The notes: a model not told the origin generated them from the letters alone. Positions 38,630-48,322 are shown, numbered from the stretch's first letter. The stretch is DNA of 64,000 nucleotides from Myxococcota bacterium (GCA_044344255.1 JBIJDH010000006.1:128001-192000), one strand, 5' to 3'. Translations and numbers: made by a program.

Positions 38630-39763
38630 TCAGTTGGTGCTGAGCTTCTGCGTGAGGTGATTGCCGACGGTGAGCGATCGGTCCGCGTCGGTGATGACGG
38701 CGGTGGAGGTGCGCTCATCGACCCGCACGACCACGAGGCGGCCGATCACCGAGAGGGGGAGCTTGTCGTCCTCCCGCTTGATGTCGAGCATCTCGTCCCG
38801 GCGCTCGTAGATGTAGAAGCTCGAGCCGACGCGTACGCCGTCCTCGCGGCCGCGGTCGATGAAGACCGTCTCGCCGGGGGCCATGGAGAAGCTCTCCTCG
38901 TTGGTGCGGGCGACGAGGGTGGCGACGACGTCGCCCTTGGGCTCGGCGACCTCGATCTGCACCGCGACGGGGAGCATGGGGCCGACGAGGTCCCCGCGCT
39001 CCACCTCGCTCCAAGACTGGCGGAGCACCGCGGAGACATACTTGCCCTCCTGGTGCACGATCTTGGCCTCGGCGACGATGCGGTAGAGGCTACCGTACTT
39101 CTCCTTCGTCTCGGGGTGCCGGACCTTCTTCGAGACCCGTCGGAAGACGGTGACCACGTCTCCGCACTGGAAGGCATCGGGATCATCGACCTTGAGGTAG
39201 ATGAGATCTCGCTCGGAGAGCATGCTCTGTAAGCCGCGGGCCTTCGGCACGGTGCCGTAGACCTCGAGGTCGTCCTTCTGAGCCAGGAAGCCGGGCGCAA
39301 TGTAGGTGCGGGCGTCGCGGGTCTGGTTGAAGCGGACGTTCGGGCCACACTCGGCGTCGGAGGTGGAGTAGTCGGACTGCGCGTCCACGTAGCCGCCGCC
39401 CGCGCTCATCGTCTCGAGCTCCACCGAGGGCGGGTCGAGCAGCGTGCCCATGCGGAAGACGATGCGGTTGCCGGGGTAGATCCAGTGCGGGTTCGTGATG
39501 TAGTCGTTGATCGACCACAGCCGCGGCCAGTAGAAGGCGTTGCCCAGGAACGCGCTCGAGATCTCCCAGAGGGTGTCGCCCGTCTGGACGGTGTAGTAGT
39601 CGGGGACGGTGGCCCCGCCCCCGCCGCCGCCCATGGCGACTTGATCTCCCATGTTGTCGACGATCTGCTCGACCTGCTGGGCGTCAGCGGGGGCGCTGAG
39701 GCAGAGCCCGCCCAGGAGGAAGAGCGAGGGCAGGGGAGAGGGACAGCGGGGGGGACAGGGCAT
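38630..39763 (-). CDS. Secreted LysM peptidoglycan-binding protein
   Basis: Signal peptide; YTVQTGDTLWEISSAFLGNAFYWPRLWSINDYITNPHWIYPG. Confidence 0.92.
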   Translation of the reverse strand: MPCPPRCPSPLPSLFLLGGLCLSAPADAQQVEQIVDNMGDQVAMGGGGGGATVPDYYTVQTGDTLWEISSAFLGNAFYWPRLWSINDYITNPHWIYPGNRIVFRMGTLLDPPSVELETMSAGGGYVDAQSDYSTSDAECGPNVRFNQTRDARTYIAPGFLAQKDDLEVYGTVPKARGLQSMLSERDLIYLKVDDPDAFQCGDVVTVFRRVSKKVRHPETKEKYGSLYRIVAEAKIVHQEGKYVSAVLRQSWSEVERGDLVGPMLPVAVQIEVAEPKGDVVATLVARTNEESFSMAPGETVFIDRGREDGVRVGSSFYIYERRDEMLDIKREDDKLPLSVIGRLVVVRVDERTSTAVITDADRSLTVGNHLTQKLSTN

Positions 39764-39809
39764 CAGCGACTCCACCGGCGGGGAGGTTCCCAGGAGTGGG
39801 ACCCTGCTG

Positions 39810-40472
39810 TCAAGGGGCGCTGGCCACGATGAGGTCTGAGGAGCCGAGGCGGGCGGCGAGGCCCTGGCGGGCGGTCTCTGCGGCCTTCCGATCGGGGTAG
39901 CCCCCGACCCGCACGCGGTACCAGGTGGTGCCGTCCACGAGGGCGGCCACGCGGTACACCTGGAGCTTTCGTTCGCTCAGCTCGGCCATCTTGGCCTCCG
40001 CCTCGGCGAGGGTGGGGTAGCTCGCGATCTGCACGGACCAGCCGGCCTTCGCGGGGGCCTCTTCGGTGGGGGCCGTCTCGGGGCGCGGTTCAACCGCCAC
40101 CGCCGCCGGTGTGGGCGGCTCGGTGGGGGTGACGGCCTGGATCGCGACCTCGCCGGTGAGGACCTCGGGGAAGACCATGTGATCGGCCCTCTCGTCGGTG
40201 ACCGCCCGGCCGGAGGGCGAGATGGCCGACTGGGCGTACTCCACCTCGCGCAGCAGCGCCTCGAGCGCGTCTTCCTGCGTGGGATCGGGCAGGAAGCTCG
40301 CAGTTGCGGCCGCCACAGGCCCGGGCTCCTCCCCCCCCCGCTTGCCCACCTGGAGGCCGATGAGGAAGGCGAGGGAGGCGACGCACAAGTTGGCGACGCC
40401 GAGGGCCATCAAGTGGCTGCGGGTGATCCAGATCTGGCGATCTGCCCGGCGGGGGATGTCGGTGCGCTGCAT
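39810..40472 (-). CDS. SPOR domain membrane-anchored protein
   Basis: N-terminal TM (AFLIGLQVGK); GWSVQIASY..EAE..WYRVRVGGY. Confidence 0.9.
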   Translation of the reverse strand: MQRTDIPRRADRQIWITRSHLMALGVANLCVASLAFLIGLQVGKRGGEEPGPVAAATASFLPDPTQEDALEALLREVEYAQSAISPSGRAVTDERADHMVFPEVLTGEVAIQAVTPTEPPTPAAVAVEPRPETAPTEEAPAKAGWSVQIASYPTLAEAEAKMAELSERKLQVYRVAALVDGTTWYRVRVGGYPDRKAAETARQGLAARLGSSDLIVASAP

Positions 40473-40556
40473 CGGTGGGCCACTGGCTGGGGGACGAGAG
40501 CAGGGAGAAGGAGAGGCTAACTCACGATGACCGTAGCGTCTGCCCCCTTCGCCCTT

Positions 40557-40636
40557 GCCATGTCAACAAACGACCACATGAGCAATCGAGAGGTGGGATG
40601 CGGTCGTTGACGTGCCTTGACATGGCTTGACATGCT
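40557..40636. promoter_or_regulatory. Three 10-bp-phased direct repeats (TTGACRTGSY-like) plus one inverted copy in a divergent intergenic region
   Basis: TTGACGTGCC (40607), TTGACATGGC (40617), TTGACATGCT (40627); GCCATGTCAA (40557). Confidence 0.6.
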
Positions 40637-40842
40637 GGGCGGGCGCGGATTACCCCGCCGGTCATTGCGAACTCCAGGTGTGGGTCCGGCCCCATGTGCC
40701 CCGGCGTTGCTCGGATCCCCCGGCTCCCTCCCCTCGGCTTGCGACACCGGGGCGGGGGAGCCGGCATCCTGGGCCGCCCTCCCGGCTCGGTTAGTTGCTG
40801 TCGCGCGTGAGCGGCGCGACCATCACCGAAATTGGGGCGTTC

Positions 40843-41904
40843 ATGACCACTCTTCGTCCATCCCTGGCCAATCTGGGCCCTCGCAGCCTCGGGCACAGCG
40901 GCCTCCAGGTCTCGCCCTTGTGCCTCGGCGCGATGACCTTCGGGGAGGCGGACGCCTCCTCGTTCATGCACGGGGCGAGCTGCACGGACACCGTGGCTCA
41001 CGCGATGCTCAGCCGAGCGCTCGACGCAGGCATCAATTTTGTCGACACCGCCGATGTCTACGGCCAGGACGGCCTATCGGAGCGGGTGATCGGCGAGTGG
41101 TTCGCGGCTACGGGGCGCCGCGACGAGGTGGTGCTGGCCACCAAGTTCCGCTTCCGGATGGGGCCGGGCCCCCTCGGCACGGGGGCCTCCCGGCGGCGGG
41201 TGATGGCCGCCTGCGAGGCCAGCCTCCGCCGCCTGCGCACCGATCGGATCGACCTCTACCAGATGCACATGCAAGACATCGACACCCCGATCGAGGAGAC
41301 GCTGCGGGCCCTCGATGACCTCGTGCGTCAGGGCAAGGTGCTGTACACAGGGGTGAGCAACATCGCGGCCTGGCGCCTCGCGGACGCGATGTGGACCTCC
41401 AAGGTGGGCGGTCTCGAGCGCTTCATCTCCCTTCAGGTCGAGTACAGCCTGATGGAGCGGGCGATCGAGCGGGAGCACGTCCCCCTCTCCCGCCAGTTCG
41501 GCCTCGGCATCATCCCCTGGTCGCCCTTGGCCGGCGGCTTCCTCTCGGGCAAGTACCGTAAGGGCCAGCCCCCCGCGGACGGGTCCCGCCTCAGCACAGA
41601 CCGATGGAAGCAGCGGATGGCGGCGGTGGACAGCCCGCGCGGCTGGCGGGTGCTGGCGGCGGTAGACGCGGTCGCCGCGGAGGTCGGTGCCACGCCCGCC
41701 CAAGTCTCGCTCGCCTGGCTCCTCCACAAGCCTCAAGTGAGCTCCGTCCTCTTCGGAGCCCGCACACTCGAGCAGCTCGACGACAACCTCCGCGCCGCGT
41801 CGCTGGCGCTCAGCCCCGAGCAGGTCGCGGCCCTCGACAAGGGCGCCGAGTTTGACCCCGGCTACCCCTACTCGATGATCGCCCGTATCCAGCAGCGCTG
41901 GTAG
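40843..41904 (+). CDS. Aldo/keto reductase
   Basis: LGHSGLQVSPLCLGAMTFG, GINFVDTADVY, LATK, DLYQMH, WSPLAGG. Confidence 0.95.
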   Translation: MTTLRPSLANLGPRSLGHSGLQVSPLCLGAMTFGEADASSFMHGASCTDTVAHAMLSRALDAGINFVDTADVYGQDGLSERVIGEWFAATGRRDEVVLATKFRFRMGPGPLGTGASRRRVMAACEASLRRLRTDRIDLYQMHMQDIDTPIEETLRALDDLVRQGKVLYTGVSNIAAWRLADAMWTSKVGGLERFISLQVEYSLMERAIEREHVPLSRQFGLGIIPWSPLAGGFLSGKYRKGQPPADGSRLSTDRWKQRMAAVDSPRGWRVLAAVDAVAAEVGATPAQVSLAWLLHKPQVSSVLFGARTLEQLDDNLRAASLALSPEQVAALDKGAEFDPGYPYSMIARIQQRW

Positions 41905-41914
41905 GGCCGGCCGC

Positions 41915-42898
41915 GTGGCGCCGCGCCGGGGCCCCGCCTTGGCCCTGGGCCTGGGCTTCGCCCTCCTGCCCCTGATCGGGCTCGAGGTCTGGCTGCGTGA
42001 GGAGCAGGCTGTGGTCGAGCTCCTCGACGATGGTCGCCTCTATCGCTCTCGCCCCGGTCGTTTCGGCACCACCGCCGAGGGCCTGCGGCCGCCCGCGCTC
42101 GCCCCTGCCCCGGGGGCTCGTCGTGTGGTGGTCCTGGGCGACTCCACCACCTGGGGGCTCGGTGAGGCGGAGGCGGCCTGGCCGGCGGTGCTGGAGCGGC
42201 GCCTCGGCGCGGGCTGGAGGGTGTACAACCTCTCGACCTACGGCTACGATCTCGACCAGCTGGTGGCCCTCTTCGAGGCCCTCGGCCGCGAAATCCGGCC
42301 CGAGCTCGTCCTGTATGCGGCTTACACGAACGATGTCTACCCCACGCGGATGATCCGCCTCGGGCGGTATGAAGGGCCCGTGTGGCTCGAACGGAGCTCG
42401 GGCATCCTGCCGCGGCCGCTCTGGCGGGGCAGCGCCACGCTGCGCCTCGCCGAAGGGCTCCTCCTGGCGCCAAGTGTGCGCGAGGAGCCTGAGCTCGACG
42501 CCTTCGCCGCCGCGCTCCGTCGCTTGAAGGCCGCGGTGGCGCAGTCGGGCGCCGCGCTCGGCCTCGTGGGCCTCGTCCCGCACGTGCTGGCCAGCGCGGA
42601 CCTCGCCGCCTGTGACCGCGCGGCCGACCGCCCGGGCCGCTGCGCGCTGGAGCTTCAGCTGCACGCCGAGGAGCTGAAGCTCGCCGCGGCGGCGGGCCTC
42701 CCCGCCCTCGACACGCTGCCTGCGCTCCGGGCCTCCGGTGCGGCCGCCTTCTTTGGGGTGGCGGGCGACTGGATCCACGCCGATGAAGCCGGCCACGCGC
42801 TCATCGCAGGGGCGGTCGAGGCTTGGCTCCGCGCCGATGAGGGCCCGCTCGGCGCGTCCGCGGCGCCCGGCCCCCTCGACCAACCGCCGCGCCGATGA
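41915..42898 (+). CDS. SGNH/GDSL hydrolase family protein, membrane anchored
   Basis: VLGDSTTWG, NLSTYGY, YTND, DWIHADEAGH. Confidence 0.85.
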   Translation: MAPRRGPALALGLGFALLPLIGLEVWLREEQAVVELLDDGRLYRSRPGRFGTTAEGLRPPALAPAPGARRVVVLGDSTTWGLGEAEAAWPAVLERRLGAGWRVYNLSTYGYDLDQLVALFEALGREIRPELVLYAAYTNDVYPTRMIRLGRYEGPVWLERSSGILPRPLWRGSATLRLAEGLLLAPSVREEPELDAFAAALRRLKAAVAQSGAALGLVGLVPHVLASADLAACDRAADRPGRCALELQLHAEELKLAAAAGLPALDTLPALRASGAAAFFGVAGDWIHADEAGHALIAGAVEAWLRADEGPLGASAAPGPLDQPPRR

Positions 42899-42916
42899 GG
42901 CTACGGGCCAGCCGCC

Positions 42917-43660
42917 TCAGCGGATGAAACGCTTGGACTCCTCCACGCCCTTGTTCGCGAGGCGGTCGGCCCGCTCGTTCCCCTCGATGCCGACGTGCCC
43001 TGCCACCCAGTGCAGGCGCGTCTTCCGAGCCTTGAGGCGCGCCTTGAGGCTGCTCACGAGGTCGAGGTTGGCCTTCGCCTTCCAGCCGAGGGTGAGCACG
43101 CCGTAGGCGTATTGGCTGTCCGTGAGGATCTCGGCGGTCGCTTCGATGGGGAAGCGGTTGGTGTCGAGCAGATCGAGCGCGAGGCCGATGGCGGACAGCT
43201 CCCCCTTGTTGTTGGTGCCCTTTCCGAGCGCGGCGAACTTCTCATGCTCCGCGCCACCCGGCAGCTTCACGAGCGCGCCGGCGCCGCAGGGCCCGGGGTT
43301 GCCCTGGCAGGCCCCGTCGGTGAAGCAGACCGCCACGTCCGCCTCGAAGCCCTCCACGAGGGCGTGACCGGCGACTCGGGCCCGCTCTGCTTGATCTTCG
43401 GTGCGCTCTCCTGCCTTGCCGAAGCCGGTCGCGGGCTTGCCGGGGCGCCCCGGACCCGCGTCGGCCGAAACGCCGGCCGGGAGCTCCTCGGGCGGCGCCT
43501 TGCCGGGCTCCACGTTGCTCGGGTTGGCGCGGTAGATCTTGGCGCCCTCATCGGCGGAGTAGCGCACCGGCACCCGCCCGCTCTCGTCCTTTACCTTGCC
43601 TTCGGCGCCGACCTCGATCCAGACGTCTTTTCCCTTGCACAAGCCCTTGATCCAGGCCAT
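42917..43660 (-). CDS. rnhA: Ribonuclease HI with N-terminal extension
   Basis: FTDGACQGNPG, TNNKGELSA, TDSQY, WVAGHVGIEGNERADRLA. Confidence 0.95.
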   Translation of the reverse strand: MAWIKGLCKGKDVWIEVGAEGKVKDESGRVPVRYSADEGAKIYRANPSNVEPGKAPPEELPAGVSADAGPGRPGKPATGFGKAGERTEDQAERARVAGHALVEGFEADVAVCFTDGACQGNPGPCGAGALVKLPGGAEHEKFAALGKGTNNKGELSAIGLALDLLDTNRFPIEATAEILTDSQYAYGVLTLGWKAKANLDLVSSLKARLKARKTRLHWVAGHVGIEGNERADRLANKGVEESKRFIR

Positions 43661-45912
43661 CAATGCTCTCCCAAGTCCATGCGGAAGCTCTGCCCGGTGG
43701 ACCGTTCGAATTCATACAGTGAGTGATTGAAGCAGCCGGCCGTGCAGCCCTCTGCGTGGAGCCGCCTTCGGTAACGCTGGACCCCCTCGCTCCACCATAG
43801 CTCCCGGAGCGGCTTTTCGAAGACGTTGCCGACCACGAGCCCCTCGGCCCCCCAGACGCAGCAGGGGATGAGCTCGCCCGTGTACTTGACGCCATACTGG
43901 TCGATGAAGCCGAGGCAGCGGACGGCGCCGAGGGATCCCGCGTGGTGGTCGAGGCCTTGGAGGAGGTACGCGGCCCGCGCGGCCACCGCGGGGTCCTGGG
44001 CCGCCATGCGCGCGACCACCGCCCGCCAGGCGGCCTGATCGGCCGGACTCTGGAAGGCCAGCGCGGGGGCGTCGTTCACCGGCCAAAAGTCGAAGCTCGC
44101 CCCTCGCTCGGTCGCGAGGGCGTAGACCGCCTCCAGCTCCCCGACGTTCTCGCGGTTGGCGGTGAAGTAGACGCTGGTCGCCACGCCGCCGCGCTCCCGC
44201 ACGCGGTCGAGGCCGGCCAGGGTGCGCTTCCAGGCTCCCTTCTGGCCGCGCAGGCGGTCATGGGTCTCCGCGAGCCCGTCGAGGGAGAACGACAGGGAGT
44301 CGACGCCAGAGTGGATGAGCTCCTCCCAGCGGGCCTGGATCCGGGTGCCGTTCGTCGTGATGTTCACGGCCAGGCCGCGGGCCTTGGCGGCGGCTACCAC
44401 GCGGAAGAGGTCCTTGTGCAAGAAGGGCTCACCGCCGGTGAGGACGAGCACCTTCGTGCCGATGGCCACCGCCTCGTCGAGGAGGGGGAGGGCGGCCTCG
44501 AGGGAGAGCTGCGCCGGATCGTCCCAGAGGTCACAGAAGGAGCAGCGAAGGTTGCAGCCGCGGTTGAGCAGCAACAACATCGTCAGCGGCTTGCTCGCCT
44601 GCCGCGCGGGGAGGTGGGCGTCGATCAGAGGGGGGCGGGGCGCCGGCTCGCGGTGGGCGAGGCGGTGGTTCCAGTCCGCTCCGGCGCCCTCTCCGGCGTA
44701 CAGCGAGCAGTAGGCGCGCGCGATCTCCGACCAGTCGTAGCGGGCGGCGAAGCGGGCCGCGGCGGCGCCGAGGCGCTGCGCCCGGGGGCGATCGTGGAGC
44801 AGCGCCCGGGCGGCCTCGGCGAAGGCGTCGGCGCCGTCGGCGATGCAGAGGTGCTGCCCATCGGTGTAAGCGATGCCCTCCGCCCCCTTGGTCGTGCTGA
44901 CGATCGGGCGGCCGGCCGCCATGTACTCGAGCAGCTTCATCCGAGTGCCGCCGCCGGCCGTGATCGGGCAGAGGCAGAGGTCAGCGGCGACGACATGCGC
45001 GGCGAGATCGGGCACCGGTCCGGCGAAGATCACGGCGGCATGCGTGTAGTAGAGGGGAGGGTTCATCCCGCAGATGAGCACCCGGAGCTTCGGCATCTCG
45101 GGCAGGAGCCGAGGGAGGAGCTCGAGCACGATCCAGCGGACGGCCTCGGTGTTTGGCCAGTAGTGCAGCGTGCCGTGAAAGAAGAGGAGGGGCGCTGCGG
45201 GATCGATGCCGTATCGTGCGCGGATCCCGGCGCCGTTGGCCGTTTGGAACACGCCCACTTCCACCCCGTGGGGGATCACGGTCACCCTCGAGGCGTCGAG
45301 CCCCGCGCTCACCATCCGCTGCCGATCGAGGTCGCTGACCGCGATGACGTGCTGGACCAACGAGAGGGCGGAGAGCTCCACGCTCCGGACCCGGTCGGTG
45401 GTGTGGCCGAATTCCGTCAGGCGGTCCCACTCGACGTTGTGCTGGACGACGCTGGTGATCGGCGACCGCCCCCCACGAGCCCGACGGAGCCCGCCGAGCA
45501 GGCCGGCCGCGACCGCCGCGGGCATGGTATAACCGGGGAACTCGGCTTGAAAGACGTCGATTCCCTCTCTCCGGCCCACCTCGAGGGCGCGGGCCCACCA
45601 GGTCGGATCGAAGAGGGGCCGGTAGAGGAAGCTCTCGTCTGGCGGGTAGCCGACGGCGCGGCAGAGGCGCTCGGACAGGCGGCTGAGGTGGGGCAGCGGC
45701 GGCCACTCCTCGGCGGCCCGAAAGCGGAGGCTGTAGGGCACCTCCTGCACCTTGCCGTCGTCCCAGCGGAGGTAGTGGTCGCGATCGTCGGTGACGACGA
45801 AGCTCGGCGCTCCGGTGACCCGCGAGAGGTGCTCGGCTGTGCGCACGATCTTGACCGCTGCACCGTGATTGGGCGGGAACAGATCGCCGCGCGTGACGAG
45901 GCAGATTCGCAG
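43660..45912 (-). CDS. Glycosyltransferase family 4 fused to radical SAM/SPASM-like domain
   Basis: (M)RICLVTRGDLFPPNHG, HNVEW, GGGTRMKLLEYMAAG; CNLRCSFC, TGGEP, TNG, GELIPCC, CTAGC. Probable CTG start at 45912. Confidence 0.9.
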   Translation of the reverse strand: MRICLVTRGDLFPPNHGAAVKIVRTAEHLSRVTGAPSFVVTDDRDHYLRWDDGKVQEVPYSLRFRAAEEWPPLPHLSRLSERLCRAVGYPPDESFLYRPLFDPTWWARALEVGRREGIDVFQAEFPGYTMPAAVAAGLLGGLRRARGGRSPITSVVQHNVEWDRLTEFGHTTDRVRSVELSALSLVQHVIAVSDLDRQRMVSAGLDASRVTVIPHGVEVGVFQTANGAGIRARYGIDPAAPLLFFHGTLHYWPNTEAVRWIVLELLPRLLPEMPKLRVLICGMNPPLYYTHAAVIFAGPVPDLAAHVVAADLCLCPITAGGGTRMKLLEYMAAGRPIVSTTKGAEGIAYTDGQHLCIADGADAFAEAARALLHDRPRAQRLGAAAARFAARYDWSEIARAYCSLYAGEGAGADWNHRLAHREPAPRPPLIDAHLPARQASKPLTMLLLLNRGCNLRCSFCDLWDDPAQLSLEAALPLLDEAVAIGTKVLVLTGGEPFLHKDLFRVVAAAKARGLAVNITTNGTRIQARWEELIHSGVDSLSFSLDGLAETHDRLRGQKGAWKRTLAGLDRVRERGGVATSVYFTANRENVGELEAVYALATERGASFDFWPVNDAPALAFQSPADQAAWRAVVARMAAQDPAVAARAAYLLQGLDHHAGSLGAVRCLGFIDQYGVKYTGELIPCCVWGAEGLVVGNVFEKPLRELWWSEGVQRYRRRLHAEGCTAGCFNHSLYEFERSTGQSFRMDLGEH

Positions 45913-46202
45913 GGAGGGCTCCTCTTGGCGGGAGGGGGAGTATCCCGATGCGCTCGCCGTGGTCGGGGTGTCCGCGTGTGGCGCGCGCCCCCAGCTCGCT
46001 TCCTCCCAACAATGCACGGCGTCGGGGACCGCCGTCCAGCCGAGCGGGAACGCGCTATCCGGAAGGGGCGTGCCCCCGGTCGCTCGCGCGCGGTAGGATG
46101 ATCCGGGTGGGGTGCCCGCCCCGCTCGACGGGCCACCGCTCGCCCCCTCCCTGCTCCCGACGCCCGCCTCTCCCCACCTCGGTCCTTTTGGGTTGGCTCC
46201 TG

Positions 46203-47138
46203 ATGGTTGTCCCGGCGCGAACGAACGGCTCCGTGATCGTCTCCTGGTTGGGAGCGCAGCCGCCGGCCTCGATTGTCGCCGCCCTCACCCGAGTCGCCCA
46301 GGTCGGCATCGGGTGGCGGCAGGACGCAGATCTGGTGGTGATCTGGGCAGCCTCTGGCCTCGAGCTCTTGTCCGTCGTGCCGAGCTCTGGCCCACGTCCT
46401 GCGGTGCTGATCGCCTTCGAGCGAGAGCCCTCCGCCGACGAGCGTCGGTCTTGGGCGCGGGCCGCGGTGGGTGAGATCGTGCTGGCCGATCGTCTCGCCG
46501 AGCTTATTGTCGAGCGTTGGGGGGGCACCCCAGCGGGAGCCGCGCCGGCTTCCCCCTCAAACAAGGTCCAGATGTCCGCCGCCGCCTCCGGACTCTCTTC
46601 GGCCTCGCTGGCCACGCCCCGAGACGCTTTCCCTCCGCTGCGGATGCCCTTTCCGAGCGGAGGGCCTCCCCCCGGAGTCGCGTCCTACGTGGAGTCCCTC
46701 CAGCGTTACATCCAGCTCCGAGACGCCTTCAGCGCCGAACACGGGGCCCAGGGGCTCGGACAGCTCATGGAGCTCTTCCACCTCCGAGAACAAGTGCCCC
46801 CCACCTCGGCGCGTCGCTTGGTGGCCTTCGGTCAGACCTTCGGCAGCGTCGAGCAGCAGCTCGGTTGGCCGCTGCTCCTCCGCCGTGGACCCTCCCGAAA
46901 GCGACAGGGCAACGACGTGCTGCGGGGATCGGTCTTCGGCGTAGGGACAGACGGCCTGATCGTCGATCTGGACTTCCAGGCTGCGCCTCGGCAGAAGCTC
47001 GTCGGAGACCTGCCGGTCGATCTGACCCAGAACGCGCAGCTGCTCTTCGAGGCGCGCTGGCAGCGCCGGGTGGCGGCCTCGCGCTGGCACCTCGGGCTGC
47101 TGATCCTGGAGATGCGCCTCCGACCGCTGGACCCTTGA
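46203..47138 (+). CDS. Hypothetical protein (possible degenerate receiver N-domain, PilZ-like C-domain)
   Basis: ORF fills the gap. ADLVVI..PAVLIA..ARAAVGEIV resembles a receiver; the C-terminal beta pattern ends in ARWQRR..WHLGL. Confidence 0.6.
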   Translation: MVVPARTNGSVIVSWLGAQPPASIVAALTRVAQVGIGWRQDADLVVIWAASGLELLSVVPSSGPRPAVLIAFEREPSADERRSWARAAVGEIVLADRLAELIVERWGGTPAGAAPASPSNKVQMSAAASGLSSASLATPRDAFPPLRMPFPSGGPPPGVASYVESLQRYIQLRDAFSAEHGAQGLGQLMELFHLREQVPPTSARRLVAFGQTFGSVEQQLGWPLLLRRGPSRKRQGNDVLRGSVFGVGTDGLIVDLDFQAAPRQKLVGDLPVDLTQNAQLLFEARWQRRVAASRWHLGLLILEMRLRPLDP

Positions 47139-47643
47139 CCTCGCGAGCCCTCCCGGCGGGGGCCTCGATCGGCCGTCGTCCGCTTGACAGCACCCTTACA
47201 CCCGTTCGCTTGCGCACCAGGGAGCGGAGAGGAGAGGATGAAGTGTCAGCCGGTTGGCGCCCCACAGGATCTGCATGCCCCCTCAGTCGATGCACCATTC
47301 GCACAACCCGCTCCGCATCTGTGGTGCGGGTGGTCGGTGCGCGTCGGGGGGTGGAGTCATCCGCTCGTGTTATCGCGGGGCGTGCCTTGAAAGCCGAGGG
47401 CCATCTCGTTACGGGCCCGACATGCTGAACGTCATGCCCGTCATCACGCTCGGTTCGAGGGGGCCGAGGGGTGCTCGCACCGCCGGCTCGTCGTTCCGTG
47501 ATGGGGTGAGCTCCCCGCCTTTGGGGTGCAGGGTTGACGATCTGGGCCGATTGTTCGGTTTCGTGTTGGCGAACCGCCACGCGGTGTCTCTTGTCTGAGC
47601 GCGGCTGGTCGAGGACGCATCTGAGGACCACGGAGGGTTGTCT

Positions 47644-48309
47644 ATGACGGAAGTCGCGAGGTTCTTCCAGGCCGGAGGATCACTGATGTATGTGAACCTC
47701 CTCGTGGCTGTCATTGGGTTGACGGTCGTCGCGGAGCGGTTCTACGTGCTCAAGTTCCGGCTCAACTTGGATGTTCGAAGCTTTCTCGAGGCGATCGAGA
47801 AATTTGTGATGGCGGGAAACTACGACCGCGCCGTGAAGCTCTGTGGTACCCGAGCCGAAGCTGCGCTGCCCAAGGTTGTGCGTGCGGGCCTTTCGAACGC
47901 TCGTAAGGGCGGCTCGGCCGTCACTGCGGCCCTTGAGGAGGCCATGGCCGAGGTGAGCCCCCGGGTCACCAAGCGCGCCGGGCTCCTCTTCGGTATCGCC
48001 AACATCGCGACGCTCATCGGCCTCATCGGGACGATCTTCGGTCTGATCGACGTGTTCGCCGCGCAGGCCATGGCCGCGCCCGACCAGAAGTCGGCGATGC
48101 TCACGGCCGGTATCGCGCACGCGATGAACAACACCGCCTTCGGTCTGGGCATCGCCGTGACCTGCATCATCTTCCACTTGATCCTCAGCGCCTCGGCGCG
48201 TACGATCATGGAAGGTCTGGAGTACGGCGCGCTCCGGTTGGAGAACATCATCGCGAAGCGGCGCCTCATGGAGGCTTCCGGGCAGGCCACGACCTCCGAC
48301 GAGGGCTGA
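47644..48309 (+). CDS. exbB: MotA/TolQ/ExbB proton channel protein
   Basis: ANIATLIGLIGTIFGLI..GIAHAMNNTAFGL; ATG after GGAGG. Confidence 0.93.
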   Translation: MTEVARFFQAGGSLMYVNLLVAVIGLTVVAERFYVLKFRLNLDVRSFLEAIEKFVMAGNYDRAVKLCGTRAEAALPKVVRAGLSNARKGGSAVTAALEEAMAEVSPRVTKRAGLLFGIANIATLIGLIGTIFGLIDVFAAQAMAAPDQKSAMLTAGIAHAMNNTAFGLGIAVTCIIFHLILSASARTIMEGLEYGALRLENIIAKRRLMEASGQATTSDEG

Positions 48310-48322
48310 TTAGGAGGTCTCC

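Noticed and set aside
47238..47390. 50-aa uORF after GGAGAGG (MKCQPV...)
   Set aside because: Codon usage is unlike the real genes and no motif is present; not supportable as a CDS, though not excluded.
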